Shown in pieces: positions 1 through 12,748 of a stretch of DNA of 64,000 nucleotides. Both the position numbers and the translations under genes were made by a program. Every line of letters starts with the position of its first letter. Positions within the stretch are counted from its first letter, which is position 1. A model generated the notes under the pieces. That model searched no databases and was not told the origin of the DNA. It saw only the letters and a list, made by a program, of their open reading frames with translations. This stretch comes from Phoronis australis. Lineage: Eukaryota > Animalia > Phoronida. The stretch spans positions 408,817 through 472,816 of the forward strand of contig NMRA01000086.1 of NCBI GenBank assembly GCA_002633005.1, in the 5' to 3' direction.

Positions 1-229
1 CACACTCGTATCGTTCGCACTTATCGTGTCGCAACAGGTGTTTCCGTAGCAACGACCTCGACTTGCATTTCTTTGTGCAGCAGCAACACTGGAGTTCATC
101 TTCTTGGTGGGCAGTAACTCGGTGCCTTTTCAATTCTGTTGCTCGACTAAAGATGTCATCGCAAACAGTGCAAACAAAGGAATGCAGTCTTTTATTGTGA
201 TCTTCCATTTCTTGATTGGATGAGAAAAC
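1..229 (-). CDS. Zinc-finger gene exon (partial), C2H2 fingers
   Basis: ttcag acceptor; VFSSNQEMEDHNKRLHSFVCTVCDDIFSRATELKRHRVTAHQEDELQCCCCTKKCKSRSLLRKHLLRHDKCERYEC, open to the window edge. Confidence 0.9.
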
Positions 230-3200
230 CTGAAATGAATCAACAATCAGCTGAAACAAATTTAACAATTCAAAAAGTTAGTATCAATTCAACTATAAGC
301 ACAGATCACAAACAAGTTCATTGTTGACATTTCTAAAGCTTGAACTTGTTTGTATAATGCAAGCCAAAAGTATTCAGATAAAATGACTTCAATTCCCCAT
401 CATGACGACTAGGCAGAAGCGTCCGAATTCGTCAGAGTTGTCATCCCTCATGACCAAGCAGTGTCCTTCATGGCCTGTTTTGACTCATTGCGGTAACGAG
501 TTTGAATTTTGCCACGGCGAATTTGGGGAAAGCGCATCAAGTTAACAAATTGGTGCGCCAGGTTTAAAACTTTGACTGGCTTGGCATTTCAGCCATCAAA
601 GCAGAGCCTGATTTTACCAACATCAATTACAGTTCGCTTTACAGTGAGGCAGTTAAAAAATATATAACACATCATTTTTGCATTAAAAGAGTGCAAACTA
701 TTGCTAAGTAAATCTGATGAAATTCTTTTCAAAACAAAATTTCACGGAGTCAACCAGCTTGCCTAAATGACAGACTATTCTGCTTTGTCATTCTAACCTT
801 AAAATTTTGCATTTAAACCTGTAGCCTAAAGGAACAATTTGATATTCTTAACAAAGGTAATTTTGATTTTGACTGACATCTTAGAAGTGCCAAAACGTAG
901 GTCACACCAGTTCAGTGTACATTTTTGAAACATATATAAATACCTCCAGTGGAGATGATAAGGCTAGAGAACAGACAACGATGACTACTGATATTGAACT
1001 CCTCTAGAAATTTGCGCGAGTTTGGAATTAGTGTTGTGGAGAACATTGCCAAGAATGAAGGGGAACTAGCAATAACGTTAGTAATGTCGCTAAGCCATCT
1101 CGTACTTAGAATTTTACCGCCCAAATAGTTATTACCAGTCATTTTTGCAGCTACCAGAATTAGTCATGACAGAAAACGATATATTGTCCCGTTGCTTTTA
1201 TAGTGTACGACGTGTACTGACAATCACAATGTTACTGTTTCTGTGACTCGGAAATAATTTTGAGGAACTAGCCTGCCTACATACACACAGACCAAGGTCG
1301 ACCATTGCTAAATGGTTTGAACCAAATCGAAAAAATAATTATTCAGTTGTTACGTGTACATATAATTGTGAGGCAAGTTTATTTGAAAGGTACACAATTT
1401 AACAATTTGGGATTATTAAATTTTGCAGTTCTGGGGTAAATAGAACTGATAAGTAAGATTTACAGACAGTAACAAGGCAGATACAAGCCAACATTGTAAT
1501 AGTAGTTTTCAACTAACATGATGGGGAAAACCCAGGAGACCAGACAACAAAACAAGCCTAAATCGTTTGAAAATTAAACGGAAATGTTTGCTTCCAAATT
1601 TAGTTTACTTTGACAAGATGACATACAAGCTGAAAGTTGTCATTCAGGACACTTAATATTATTGTCACTGGCCGCACATGATTTACTCCGCAGGTTCAAC
1701 CAAGCGAACCTGTTAAGATATCCGATTGGTTTTCAATGACTTCCGACTTATAAACAATAAAATGTCTTAGCCGATAGACTCACTTAAATCAATGGACTGA
1801 ATGAAGCGCAGTCCCTGTCAGAGCGTAAGTTATCTTTTCTTTTGTTTTAGTAGTTGACACTTGGAAAATAATAACCAAAATCTTAATGAAATAGGTAGAA
1901 GGTAAAAGCAAAAAATACAATTCAATTAGTTCTATACATGCGGCAACTGGCACAGGAAAGCATTTCATGAACAGACACTCATGAATTCCACCATGTGACA
2001 CCACGCACAGGCAACTAACTCAAGCAGATGCTCTGACATAGTGTGCATAGCAAATCAGAGGTCTTGATACTCACATAATCTAACAGCTGTTTGTCTGTGA
2101 AAGATAACTACATAGTTCCATACCGACATAAGAAGCTATACAAGGTCCTACGGAAAAACACAAAACTTTATCTTCAAACCACATATCTTTACCCACTAGG
2201 CTTTGTTGTGTTAATACCAGCAACAAAAAATTGGGATTGGATAAATCATTTTGGCATTGGGAAAGAATAGGGCGATCAATCTTCCTCACTCAGACAGCAC
2301 AGACAGCAGTCACCAGACACAAGTCTTGCATGCTTGACACCATGAGGCACATGCATGACACAATTTGTCAAATCAATCAGCTCATCATAACTGAGCAACT
2401 GAGGTTTATGGAGAAAGACGTGGGTTCTTAAATGTAGTGCATGCTGTCAAAGTCTACGATCTGTGAGGGAAGAAGAGTGACAGTCCTGAACATGTACACA
2501 CATCAAAGAATCTGACCTGCAGACAGAGATCACAATAGGCAAGATCTTTATCATGGTCCTTTTTCATGTGACTCATGAGCTCCCCACTAGAGGTCAGCGT
2601 GACTTTGCAGTCAGGACACTGCGTCCAGTGACTTAACTCGTGCCGCTTGAGGCTCCCAGCCACAGCGAACCCCCTATTGCACACGGTACAAACAAACGGC
2701 TTTTCCCCGTTGTGACGATGACAGTGCTCTGCGAAATGACCCATGTCATCTGTCGTGTACTCACATTTGTCGCACCTGTGTGGAGAAAACAAACTTCTGT
2801 TTTTACACAAGATGAGAATGTTTCTTCAAAAAAGCAGAAAACAATATAAATCTCTTTGGGAGTGCCAAAGGGGGTCTGGGTCTCCCCCAGGAAAACTTTT
2901 TAAAAATAAGGCTTTAAAAACCACTTTTCCTGCAATCTGAGGTGGTATTTACCATTTTGAGTAAAAGAAAATGATACAAAAGAGAAATGTATTGATGAAG
3001 AGCAGCCAAATTTGACTAACTTCAGAACGTCACATCCTAGAAATCACTCATACGAAACTTCCTGGCGCTATGCTTTATACCAGTCAGCCATAAATTGGGT
3101 AACATGCCCATGTCTTTAGTAACATGTAATGAAAAAGAAAGGTACACTCATAGCAAAACAACAGTTTAAATATCTGTTCCATGATGAAGATAAAACCTCA

Positions 3201-6200
3201 AATAAGCAATAACAATTATTACTTTACACAGCTTTTGATTATAGTGATAAAAATCATTTAAGTTCTATTTTGATAACCCATCATGCAAAAAGGGAACATT
3301 ATTTTCAAAAAACAATTCCTAAGTGTTTTGGATAACAATGCATAAAGGACAGTACTTGAACGTTTCATAACAATCTAATCAAAGATATGATGTTCCAAAG
3401 TTAGCCAAATTTGGACATTTGTCTAGGGTCCTCAAAAGCCTTAATGAAACGAGAGCCCACCAGCATGGAACAGGATTTTTGTTCAACGTCTGGAAAAACT
3501 CACTGGAAATTTTGTTTCGGTGCTTTCTCTGCGTGCTCCTGGCTGTAGTGAGATTCCATCGCATCAAGGGATACTGCTGTATAGGTGCACTCTTCACACT
3601 TGAGAGCGACATCTGTAGTCGCTTGCTCACACTGAACAGTCTCGGGAACAGCAGAATCTCCATCAGTGGAGCCTATCGGATTTAAGACGCATGGAGTTGA
3701 TAGTTATTAATATAGCGACAGACAGTGTAGCAACGTGGACTACAGCAAGTCACGGCAGTTTTTTTGGGAATTACAAAGGGTAAAAGGTAAAAAGAATGCT
3801 TTGAATAGTATCTGACAAAAGATGAGAAGTCGTAAAATTAAAATTTTGCAAGTTTACAAGTTTATAAGCAGATTTGTAAATCCAGACTATTCTAGTAAAA
3901 TCTATAGAAGGGAAGGCATTTTTCCACCAACCACCCATATTGTTTTATTTTCATAACCCAAAACCCATACTTTTTAATTACTTTGGAATGCAAACTCCAA
4001 TAACACTTGAATTATGTTTGGTCAATTAATTTTTTTTAATTCAACTGGTCCTTCAAAAACAAGAGCAATGCAGAGTGGTGATATGCGCCCACAAATGCAC
4101 CGCAAATGGTGTGCTTCTAGGGGTGTTTATTTGTATCATAAAAGTGGCCACAAGATGGCACAAAATACGTGGTATCCATCTGAAAACAGAAACATGCCAT
4201 CGTTTCTTAAATAGAAAGCTATTTACCAATCTCATAAATGTCTGTTAACTTCAGAAAAACAAAGGGAAATGGAAAAAATGAAATTGCCACTAGGGGGCAC
4301 AGCGTTCGTCAGAACCGTCTGAAAGTTGTCGTCGACCGTTGACAATCTCATATAAATACACTTGCTATATTTACTTAAGTTCCTGCAGTGGGTTTAGGAG
4401 ATATTGACATGGGTGCAAAAAAACTGCCACTTGGCGGCGCCACAGCAGTCAAAGTGGTCGGAAAATCATCGTCAACCATCCTCTTTTTTTCTAATATGTT
4501 TATTACGAAATCTTCGATACAATGAATATACATAACCCAGAAAGCGCCAAGAGGCATTATATCTGGGTCAACTGTCCTTTTCAAACTAAAAACATGTATC
4601 CAAACTTTCACAATCATCCTTGGAGTGGTTTGGTTGATAGAGGGGCAAACCCCAAAACAGACGAAGAATCATTAAAAATGTCCCCTACACGGCGCAAAAT
4701 ATGGCAAATCTAACCAAAAAACAGGAACAAGTAATCAATTCTTTAATACAAAGCTATTTATTAAATTTCATAAAAATCTGTCAAGAAACTTCTGAGAAAC
4801 AGAGAAAAACCAAAAAATGAAATTGCCGCAGTCTACAGGAGGCACGTTTGTCGGATCAGTCTGAAAGTTGCTGTCGTCCGTTGTCACCTTCATATGAAAG
4901 TCTTGCTAAATTTAAGAAAAAAGATCCTGCAGTGGGTTTGAGAGATACAGCTATGAATGTAAAAAACTGCCACTAGGAGGCGCCACAGTAGTCAAAGTCG
5001 TCACCACCATCAACAATTCTCTTCACACTGAGAATATCTTTGCAAATTTTCACAATTATCCTTAGAATGGTTTTGGTGATATGGCGCAAAATACCTAGAT
5101 TCCATCTGAAAACAGGAGGATAGTGTCATCTCACCAACAGATGCCTAAATGCCAAATTTAATGAAAACCATTGAGGACCTTTGAAGATGGAGGTAAATGT
5201 AAAAAAATAAATTCCCACTACGGGGAAAGCCAGTAGTCACACCCATCAGAAAGTCATGGTCATCTGTAGTCAACTTCATATAAATACACTTGCTTAATTT
5301 AGTAAAGATACTACAGAGTGGGTAGGAGATACAGCCATGAGCGCAAAAAATTGCCACTAGGAAGCGCTACAGTAGTCGCAGTCAGAAAATCGTCAGCCAT
5401 CCTCTTTATTGTAAGAACAACATGCCAATAACAGCCTCGAAAACAGTAAAATGACCCCAAATCCATCCCAAAACAGGAGGATAGCGTCATCTCACTAATA
5501 GATGCTTATACATCAAATTTTATGAAAATCCGTTGAGGGCCTTTGAAGATAGAGATCAATGTAAAAAACTAAACTTGCCACTAGAGAGTACACTGGTATT
5601 CAGATTCGTCCGAAAGTTATTAATGCCGTCCCATTTATGAAAGGAACCCATGCAAGCTGAGATTTTTGTCAGCTCGCATCAAGTCGCAAAATGCGACCTG
5701 GAATTTCCAATGAATGCGAGCTGAGTTTTTACACTTCTCAACAGATGCCTGGCAAATACAAAGCAGCTCTTGTTAATCCGACCGTTATTTGGCTGTTGCC
5801 AAATCCAAGTTCAAAAGAACACTAACCGAGAAACGCCCTCCCGATGACTTGTAAGCAAGTCGCCTGAACATGGGATATGCAGAATTGACCTTTGACGCGT
5901 TTCATTGGCTAACACTTTCGGCCACTTTTGTAAATTTCCGGATTCGCTGAAGAAAGTTTCGGGCCACTGCTTAACACGTGATAAAACTTCACAAAACAAC
6001 GGTGTTTCTACTAATTCCTAAGCGATCAACTTACCAAACTTTGTGGTGGACAAAAATGTTTATTTTTCACATAAGATGTCCTTATTACATGTACCAAATA
6101 TCTACGACAGTATCCCTGATATCGCACTGCGGCACCGTTAGCGCACAAGTAGTCCCGGCAGACAATCGTGACTGAGATGTGCTTCTCCTTTTTATCGTAT

Positions 6201-8320
6201 TAAGACAGCCAAAGTGAAAATGACAACCTTATTAATCGCCAAGCGACGGTCACGTCTTTACTTTCAGTTGCCAAGAAATTCTCAAACCCTTTACTTGTTT
6301 CTGTGGCTACGTGCGCGAAATATGATTTGTCTTTCACACGTTGTTGCCAACGTAAAGTGCAGGCCTACTCCAGCAATTCAAGTGCGTGAACTCATGCGTG
6401 CGCACCACTTCAAAGAACAACGACAGTCCTAAATGAAAGAGTATATCGGCTTGGCTCTGGTTTATTTGAAAATGAACTCAGATTCCCAGCAGTTATAAAA
6501 GACCCGGGACCGATATAACCCAGAACTGACGTTTTCCTGTTCCGATGTTTCCCGAGGTCGATGTTCTGTAAACCCTGTATTCTATGCCTGTAGCCAGCTA
6601 TTGCATCTAAACTGGCACTAGATGTGGTTCAAGTTAGCGAACTTTTCATTCTTCTCTTTATACACTCCCTCCCCCCCGGCAACTTTTCGCTCCCCAAACC
6701 ACCGACGCCGTAAAATGTTCAGACTCCTATTGAAACAACCTTGTTCCAGCTGAAGCGGGCAGTTAAAAACAAAATCATTCCGGGTGGCTAGAAAGGGTAC
6801 AATGTAAGTGGTAACGATATCCAGAAAGTTACCCCTACTAGATGGAGTTTGCCTCGCAAAATCGTATTATTATAACGTTTCTTACCATTGCAGCGTTTTA
6901 ATATCTTATTACTGCAAACACTGAGGTTAACGACTATGCTCACACACAAGCCTACTCCCTACCTTTAAAGTGTTTCATAATAAGCGCTCACCGATCTATT
7001 AAACGTTCCCCCTTAAATTTTGAGAATTTCCAATTAAGCGACCACAATTCAAGCTAGCGCCCATCATAGCGCACTACAAACAACCGCGTGTGGTTTAAAA
7101 TTAACACGCAGCTTATATGGTGTGTCACTTTCATTTTACACAACTTTGGTTTTCAAAAACGTCTTTTCACGATATGTAAAAACCAAATCCCAGCTTTGTT
7201 TTATACCTCGGAAAGAAAGTTAACACTAGTGACATGAGTGTCGTTTTGTGACTGACCTATTTTTCCCGTACTTGAAAGGTACTGAGGAGCAAACTCGCCA
7301 TTACCCGAGTTAGTTTGAATCGTTAACGACTTTGATGACAGCCAGTAGCAGGCCAGATCTAACAAAATCCCGGATAGTTTTTCAACAGGCATTTTCCCCC
7401 TTTTCACATCGCAAATTTAGCTACTTGAATACACAAGTCAGTTAAAGAGCACTGATTCAACTTTCACGTCGGCAGCTTGCCTTGCGCTCTAGAGTCTTTC
7501 AATTGCGGTCGTGAAGAACAGTAAGGCCGTACCTGCATGAATGAAGTCAATTTTGAGATCCGAAATTTGTGAGTATTTAACGCTGCAGGTATGAACATAA
7601 TCTAAACATTTTCTGATCTAAAAATCTATTTTGGCGCGTAAAAATGGCGGGAAAATTTTGCGACCTGACATTTACGAATGCGAGCTGGATTTTGAAAATG
7701 CGACCTGGGATTTTGGCTTGGTCGTAAAATGCGACCTGGCGATTTTAATAGCGTAGAGCCCTGAAGGGTATTGGAGATAAAGCAAAGGACGCCAGACGGA
7801 CGGACGGAGACGACACAATACTGTGGCCACATATAAATATGTGGGCGCATAAACACCTTGAGTTTTCACATGCACAAAACAATTAAACACTGTGGTATGA
7901 ATGTGTACAGGAATATACGTCTTGCTCTGATGATACAAAATGATACCACCACAGTTCTGGAAGCTTACCTTCTCCTAAATCAATGGTAAGAGGATTCATG
8001 CCCGCATCATCATCGTTGCCCATTTCTTCCTCACCATCAATATGATACATCCCTGAATGATTGGTTACTGCCTTGTTGCTTTCACTGGTTGTTCTTTGGT
8101 GGGTTTCTTCGAGACCAGTTTCCTCTTTCAATCTCTTTTGTATCATCTTGCAAATGGTAAACTTTTGCTCCTCAAATCCATCCACACCAACTGAGAACGA
8201 GGCTGTGACTTTCAGGCAGTTGGAGTAAGAGACATGTTTCTTTATTTTGGACACAATGGATTTTGCAAGTATCGGATACAGCATGGTAACCTCCAAGGCT
8301 GTGTTGAGCAAAGAAGCCAT
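1..8320 (-). CDS. Multi-C2H2 zinc-finger protein gene (spliced, 3' end outside the window)
   Basis: Exons 7969-8320, 3504-3672, 2517-2775 and 1-229 join in phase at GT-AG sites. Fingers include CEECTYTAVSLDAMESHYSQEH, CDKC...H..H followed by an NGEKPF linker, CTVC...HELSH, CPDC...HMKKDH, CDLC/...HNKRLH, CTVC...HRVTAH and CCCC...HLLRH. Confidence 0.88.
2517..2775 (-). CDS. Zinc-finger gene exon, 3.5 C2H2 fingers
   Basis: Within ORF 2454-2810; cacag acceptor, gtcaga donor; HNGEKPF linker. Confidence 0.93.
3504..3672 (-). CDS. Zinc-finger gene exon with one C2H2 finger
   Basis: GSTDGDSAVPETVQCEQATTDVALKCEECTYTAVSLDAMESHYSQEHAEKAPKQNF; gatag acceptor, gtgagt donor. Confidence 0.85.
4060..5635 (+). 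repeat. Degenerate tandem array of a Helentron/HINE-like repeat core (~390-550 bp period)
   Basis: Recurrent blocks cctgcagtgggttt (4382, 4926; variant 5311), ccatctgaaaacag and aaaaa(t/c)tgccactag; same modules recur at 8830-9415. Confidence 0.65.
7763..7853 (+). mobile_element. HINE/Helentron-type 3' end
   Basis: (GACG)n microsatellite cagacggacggacgga followed by hairpin ccacatat-aa-atatgtgg (7827-7844) and taaa; degenerate equivalent at 9361-9420. Confidence 0.55.
7969..8320 (-). CDS. Zinc-finger gene first coding exon (MASLLNTALEV...IDLGE)
   Basis: Acceptor ttgctag before 8329, aaaATGg start at 8320, donor G|gtaagc; phase matches the next exon. Confidence 0.75.
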
Positions 8321-8829
8321 TTTGTGCACCTAGCAACAGAAAAGGTATCCAATCACCTGTTGGGAAGCCAAGAACTTGATGTAGACCCTAATAAATGGTT
8401 GGTGTTAAAATGGTACCAGATTGATCTGTATCAAATTTGAAGAGATTTGTACGCTTGGGCATAACTGACACACAAGAGTGGCTATGTTGTGTTGCCGAAA
8501 GTACGGTTGGACAAGTAAACAGTTGTTTGCGCAACTGAAGTCAAGTCCACACACTGGGCATATTTATCAAGAAATTACTTACGGGGTCAGCTGAAATTTT
8601 TGAGCACGGTGTGCATTCCATAGATCCAAGAAATTTGCAAAAATGTAAGATCTTAAAAGATGTTACGAGATACTAAAATGCATAATAAGAAAGGCACACG
8701 ATCTCATTCGCCTTTCTCATGAAATTCTGGAGTACACAGAACCAAACACTGGTTTCCACAAAAACAAAATAACACAGAAATCACTTCTAGTTCTAGGTCT
8801 GGGATTTAATATCTTTACTCAAACTTCGA

Positions 8830-9420
8830 CTCAAACATTGACCAAGTTGGATCCGTCCAAAAGTCGTCATCTTCATACAAATACACTTGCCAAATTAATT
8901 ACAGATCCTGCAGAGGGTTTAGTTGATATAGCCATGGATGCAAAAAATAAAACTAGGAGTCACAGTAGGATCTGTCTGAAAATCGTCAGCTACCCTCTTC
9001 CCAGTAGGAGCACATCTTTTAATTTTCACAATCACCCCTACGGTAGTTTGGCCTATGGATCAGAAGACAGGAAAAACAGACTCAAAAACAGTTAAAATGG
9101 CCACTAGGTGGGGCAAAATAAGTTGAATCCATTTGAAAACGCAAGAGTGATATTTTTCTGATAGACACCTATTTGTCAATTTTCATCAAAATCCCTAACG
9201 GAACAACGAAGACAGATGCAAACGTAAAAAACTAAAATTGCCACTGGGGCACACTGGTAGTTGGATTCATCCAAAAATTAGCACGTTGTCCCAACCATGA
9301 ACATATCTGCAAAATTTCACGAACATACATCAAGGAGTTTTGGAGATACGACAACGAATGCCAGACTGTCGGAGGAGATGGCAAAATGTGCCTACATATA
9401 AATATGCGAGCACATTAAAA
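8830..9420 (+). mobile_element. Second copy of the HINE-like element (3' part)
   Basis: Shares modules with 4060-5635 and ends in cctacatataaatatgcgagcacattaaaa, resembling 7826-7853. Confidence 0.55.
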
Positions 9421-10295
9421 TTCATAATTCCCCCCAAAAAAGAGACCTACAAATGAATTAAAGTGGCACTGCACACAGTGAAATAACCAAAATCTTAAGG
9501 GTCTGTTTTTAGGGTCCATGTTTAATTCAACATCTGAATATCTTAGGTCTACCGACAGTTTCAACATCTTCTCAATTACAGTTTTCAGACGCCATGTCAG
9601 TTTTGATTCAATCACAGGTTCTTTGATCTCATCATCCCTTCTTAGTACTGCAGATTAAATCACTCTAGACAGCAATACCTGGTGTTAGTAATTAATATTA
9701 GAGATGATGATGAAGACAATGATCAGGTGATGAATAATTTAAAATGATTTGAAATAATAGCCATAAACAGTAGGTGGTAAACCAAGAAAACTGCAGCGAG
9801 GAATCAGTTGTCAATAAAAAGAGTAACCAAAAAATCTAAAGTGCCAGCAAGAAATGGAAGACACACTCCAATTTTGACCAAGAATAATTGGCCTCGGGCT
9901 ATTGACGAGTTACTTTTGCTATGAAAATTCCTCGTCAATGAGTTGTGCATCTCACAGGGGTCTAGAATCCATGCTCTTCCTACACTTAGAAGTGAAGCAT
10001 AAGAAACATACCAGCTGTAGCTTTAATGGAAAGAAAATTAGATCAACTGAAAATAGTCATAAGAAAATTTCAAATAACTCAAGAACCATAAGTCATGGTA
10101 AGAAACGGTCATACCCGTTGCTTACACGTATCTTAATGGTAAATTTCAGAAGATCTCTCTAAGAATCAAGAATTTGAAAAAACCAAGATGATGTCAAAAA
10201 ACGCCGTCTTGTGACCAAGATACATTTTGTACGTTAATTTCACAAGCACAGAAATGTACACACAAAGTCAAAAAATAAAACGAAAGTGCTCTCAC

Positions 10296-10470
10296 CGAGC
10301 GCCACTTGAAAAACTCGACAAAAGGGGACGTGGGGACAGTACTCCACGTAGACTATGACCACCGTCTCTATTGGCGGTGCCAATAGAGACAGTATTAGCG
10401 GTGCCAATAGAGACAGTGGTCATAATTGACCTATCGCAAGCTCCGCCCCTACGCGAAAAGTCACGTGATA
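10296..10470 (-). promoter_or_regulatory. Probable promoter and non-coding first exon of the zinc-finger gene
   Basis: CpG-rich patch with donor G|gtgag at 10296/10295, three CCAAT boxes (10370-10408), GC box ctccgcccct (10441) and E-box tcacgtga (10461). Confidence 0.55.
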
Positions 10471-11113
10471 CCCGACAATCGAACGAGATGTCAGAGGCAA
10501 ATACACTGTCGCTAAACGACGTTCCTGGTGGAATCGATGAGTGTTTTTGTACTATTTGAAAACACGTTGACAGAGACAAGAGGTGATTCTTTTCAACAGT
10601 GAATCGTACGTTCATGATATGGGAATTTGTAAAGGTGACGATGAAAAAATAAGTGCTCGAGGAGTCAGCGAAAATCCGAAGAACCCCTCGGCCTGGGGGG
10701 GCCACCTTCACCTGACAAATGACAAGGCCACTGATACGATATGTTCATGTAAACCTGAGTATGTACCTTAAAGTCGAATTATGTGTACGATTCCATAGAT
10801 TTCATGATCTTTCGAATAAAATCAGTGAAGATTCACTGACAGTTTTATTCTGTCATCTTCTAAATTTCGCCAGTAGGTCACAACTGGTGGGACTCCTGGT
10901 CCTGGAGTAAAGTAGGTCATAGATTGCAGACAACACATGCGCTATAGTGTCTGACTAGGTCGACTCGATAGCACTGTTTATGCTTTTCTAATCTTGTAAC
11001 GAAATATTTTGATAAAAAGATTCAGGTTCATAGCTCAGGTACATACTCATCTCGTCCTGGCCAACTGTAGGTTTAGGGCTGTGTGTGTCTAAGTAAAATT
11101 AATGTCTGGAATT

Positions 11114-11439
11114 CAGTGGCGGATCTAGGATGCCACAGGGGGGCCAACATATGTTGCCTTGTGGAATTGGGCAAAGTGCAGTTGTATGTGCACAGGCAGC
11201 CCGAAAGTTGCAGGGGCCAGGGATGTAGACCGTTGTACCTTCTGTTCAAAAAATCTATCGGTGGACTAAAAAAACAGGAACATGATTCTGCCGCGATCTG
11301 GAGTCTCAGCCCCCCTCTTCCGCTACCGGTCCTAGTTACTGAACTCAATATTTCCTCACGCTTCATGCTCTTGCTGTTTCATTTTGCTTGCGGCAGCCAA
11401 CAAGGGGGGTCCCTGCGCCCCCCCCTAAATCCGCCTATG
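11114..11439 (+). mobile_element. MITE with 5-bp TSD (GAATT)
   Basis: Termini cagtggcggatct...aaatccgcctatg; GAATT at 11109-11113 and 11440-11444. Confidence 0.8.
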
Positions 11440-12059
11440 GAATTGTCCGTTTGCACCATTAAGAACTTGGCATTTTTTTGCAGTTTCATTCCATAAAGGT
11501 AGCTTTCATTTAATTTTGAAGGTAGCATGATCATTAAGTCGTGGTATGGTTACAAGAGATTACAGGTCAGGTGTGGTAGTTGCAAAAATAGGGTATTTAC
11601 AAAAACAACTCAAATTCTTCATTAATCTAAATATCATGTTTGAACAACTTCAAAATGAGCTCTCTCCAACTCTACAGACATAGTGTATATTAGAGGTACA
11701 CGTCAAAAAGTAATTCAACAGTTTACTTTTACTTAGTGACAAGTACAGCTCGACCAAGGCTTTGAGTTGCATCAGTAATCCAATGCTCTTCCCTGTGCCG
11801 ATCGAATCTCTGAATTTTGACCGGGAGAGAAGTTCAGTTGAACGCCAGCCTACAGTTTATGAATAACAAAAATGGCGAAACATTAGGTTGAAATAAATAA
11901 AAAAAACAACATAAAAATGTCCTTGAAAACAACAATTTCCGGGGACTATCGCTAGAGTGCTGGAGATCCAGCAGGTGCCGAGACAAAGGCGGCCAGACGT
12001 AAGGAAACTCGGGAGTCAAAATCTGAGATAGCCCTGCACCATAGCCACCAAGCTGAAAA

Positions 12060-12281
12060 GTGCGTATATTGGAACTAATATATTTGTTTATTATATCCTT
12101 CGAGTTATCAAGCAACATCGCTGAGTTCAGCTGCTCGTGTGGCCGTACAGTTTGATCCATAGTTTACGCTTTTCACCCGTCATTTTTCGGCTTAGGACAT
12201 GCCAAAAATGACGGGATATTATTCTGGAGCAGCATAACGGCTGTCGGTGCTACACACGTCATATCAACACCGTTTCCCCAT
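12060..12281 (-). pseudogene. THAP-domain pseudogene fragment, left arm of the palindrome
   Basis: MGKRC*YDVCSTDSRYAAPEYIPSFLACPKPKND / EKRKLWIKL / RPHEQLN...NKYISS: decayed C-x4-C...PKP...W...RPH.QLN THAP pattern. Confidence 0.65.
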
Positions 12282-12530
12282 TCTTAGCGGACAATTTCTT
12301 GAGCTATAGACTAAAGTAAGTTTGTCGGGTAAAATGGCGGCTTGGAAACGCAGACGAAGGTGTGCCAGGAATGCTGCGTTCTGATTGGTCAATTAAGCCG
12401 TCCGTCATAATCCTGGCGATAGGTCAATTGACCTTCGTCTGCGTTTCCAAGCCGCCATTTTACCCGACAAACCACACGAAGTCGAGTAAAACTTACTTTA
12501 GTCTATAGCTCAAGAAATTGTCCGCTAAGA

Positions 12531-12748
12531 ATGGGGAAACGGTGTTGATATGACGTGTGTAGCACCGACAGCCGTTATGCTGCTCCAGAATAATATCCCG
12601 TCACTTTTGGCATGTCCTAAGCCGAAAAATGATGTTGAAAAGCGTAAACTATGGATCAAACTGTACGGCCACACGAGCAGCTGCACTTAGCGATGTTGCT
12701 TGATAACTCGAAGGTAAACACAAATATATTAGTTCCAAGATATGCACT
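12531..12748 (+). pseudogene. THAP-domain pseudogene fragment, right arm of the palindrome
   Basis: Mirror copy of 12060-12281 starting at ATG 12531, with the same TGA at codon 6. Confidence 0.65.

Noticed and set aside
4060-5635. CRISPR-like repeat-spacer array
   Set aside because: Eukaryotic context, long degenerate units with homologous intervening sequence and no cas genes; it is a TE-internal tandem array.
10292-10711. 139-aa ORF and the other short ORF-track entries outside the features listed
   Set aside because: No recognisable domains. They overlap promoter, repeat or antisense-exon sequence (for example the TVSIGTAN repeat is just the 24-bp CCAAT duplication) and are expected by chance.
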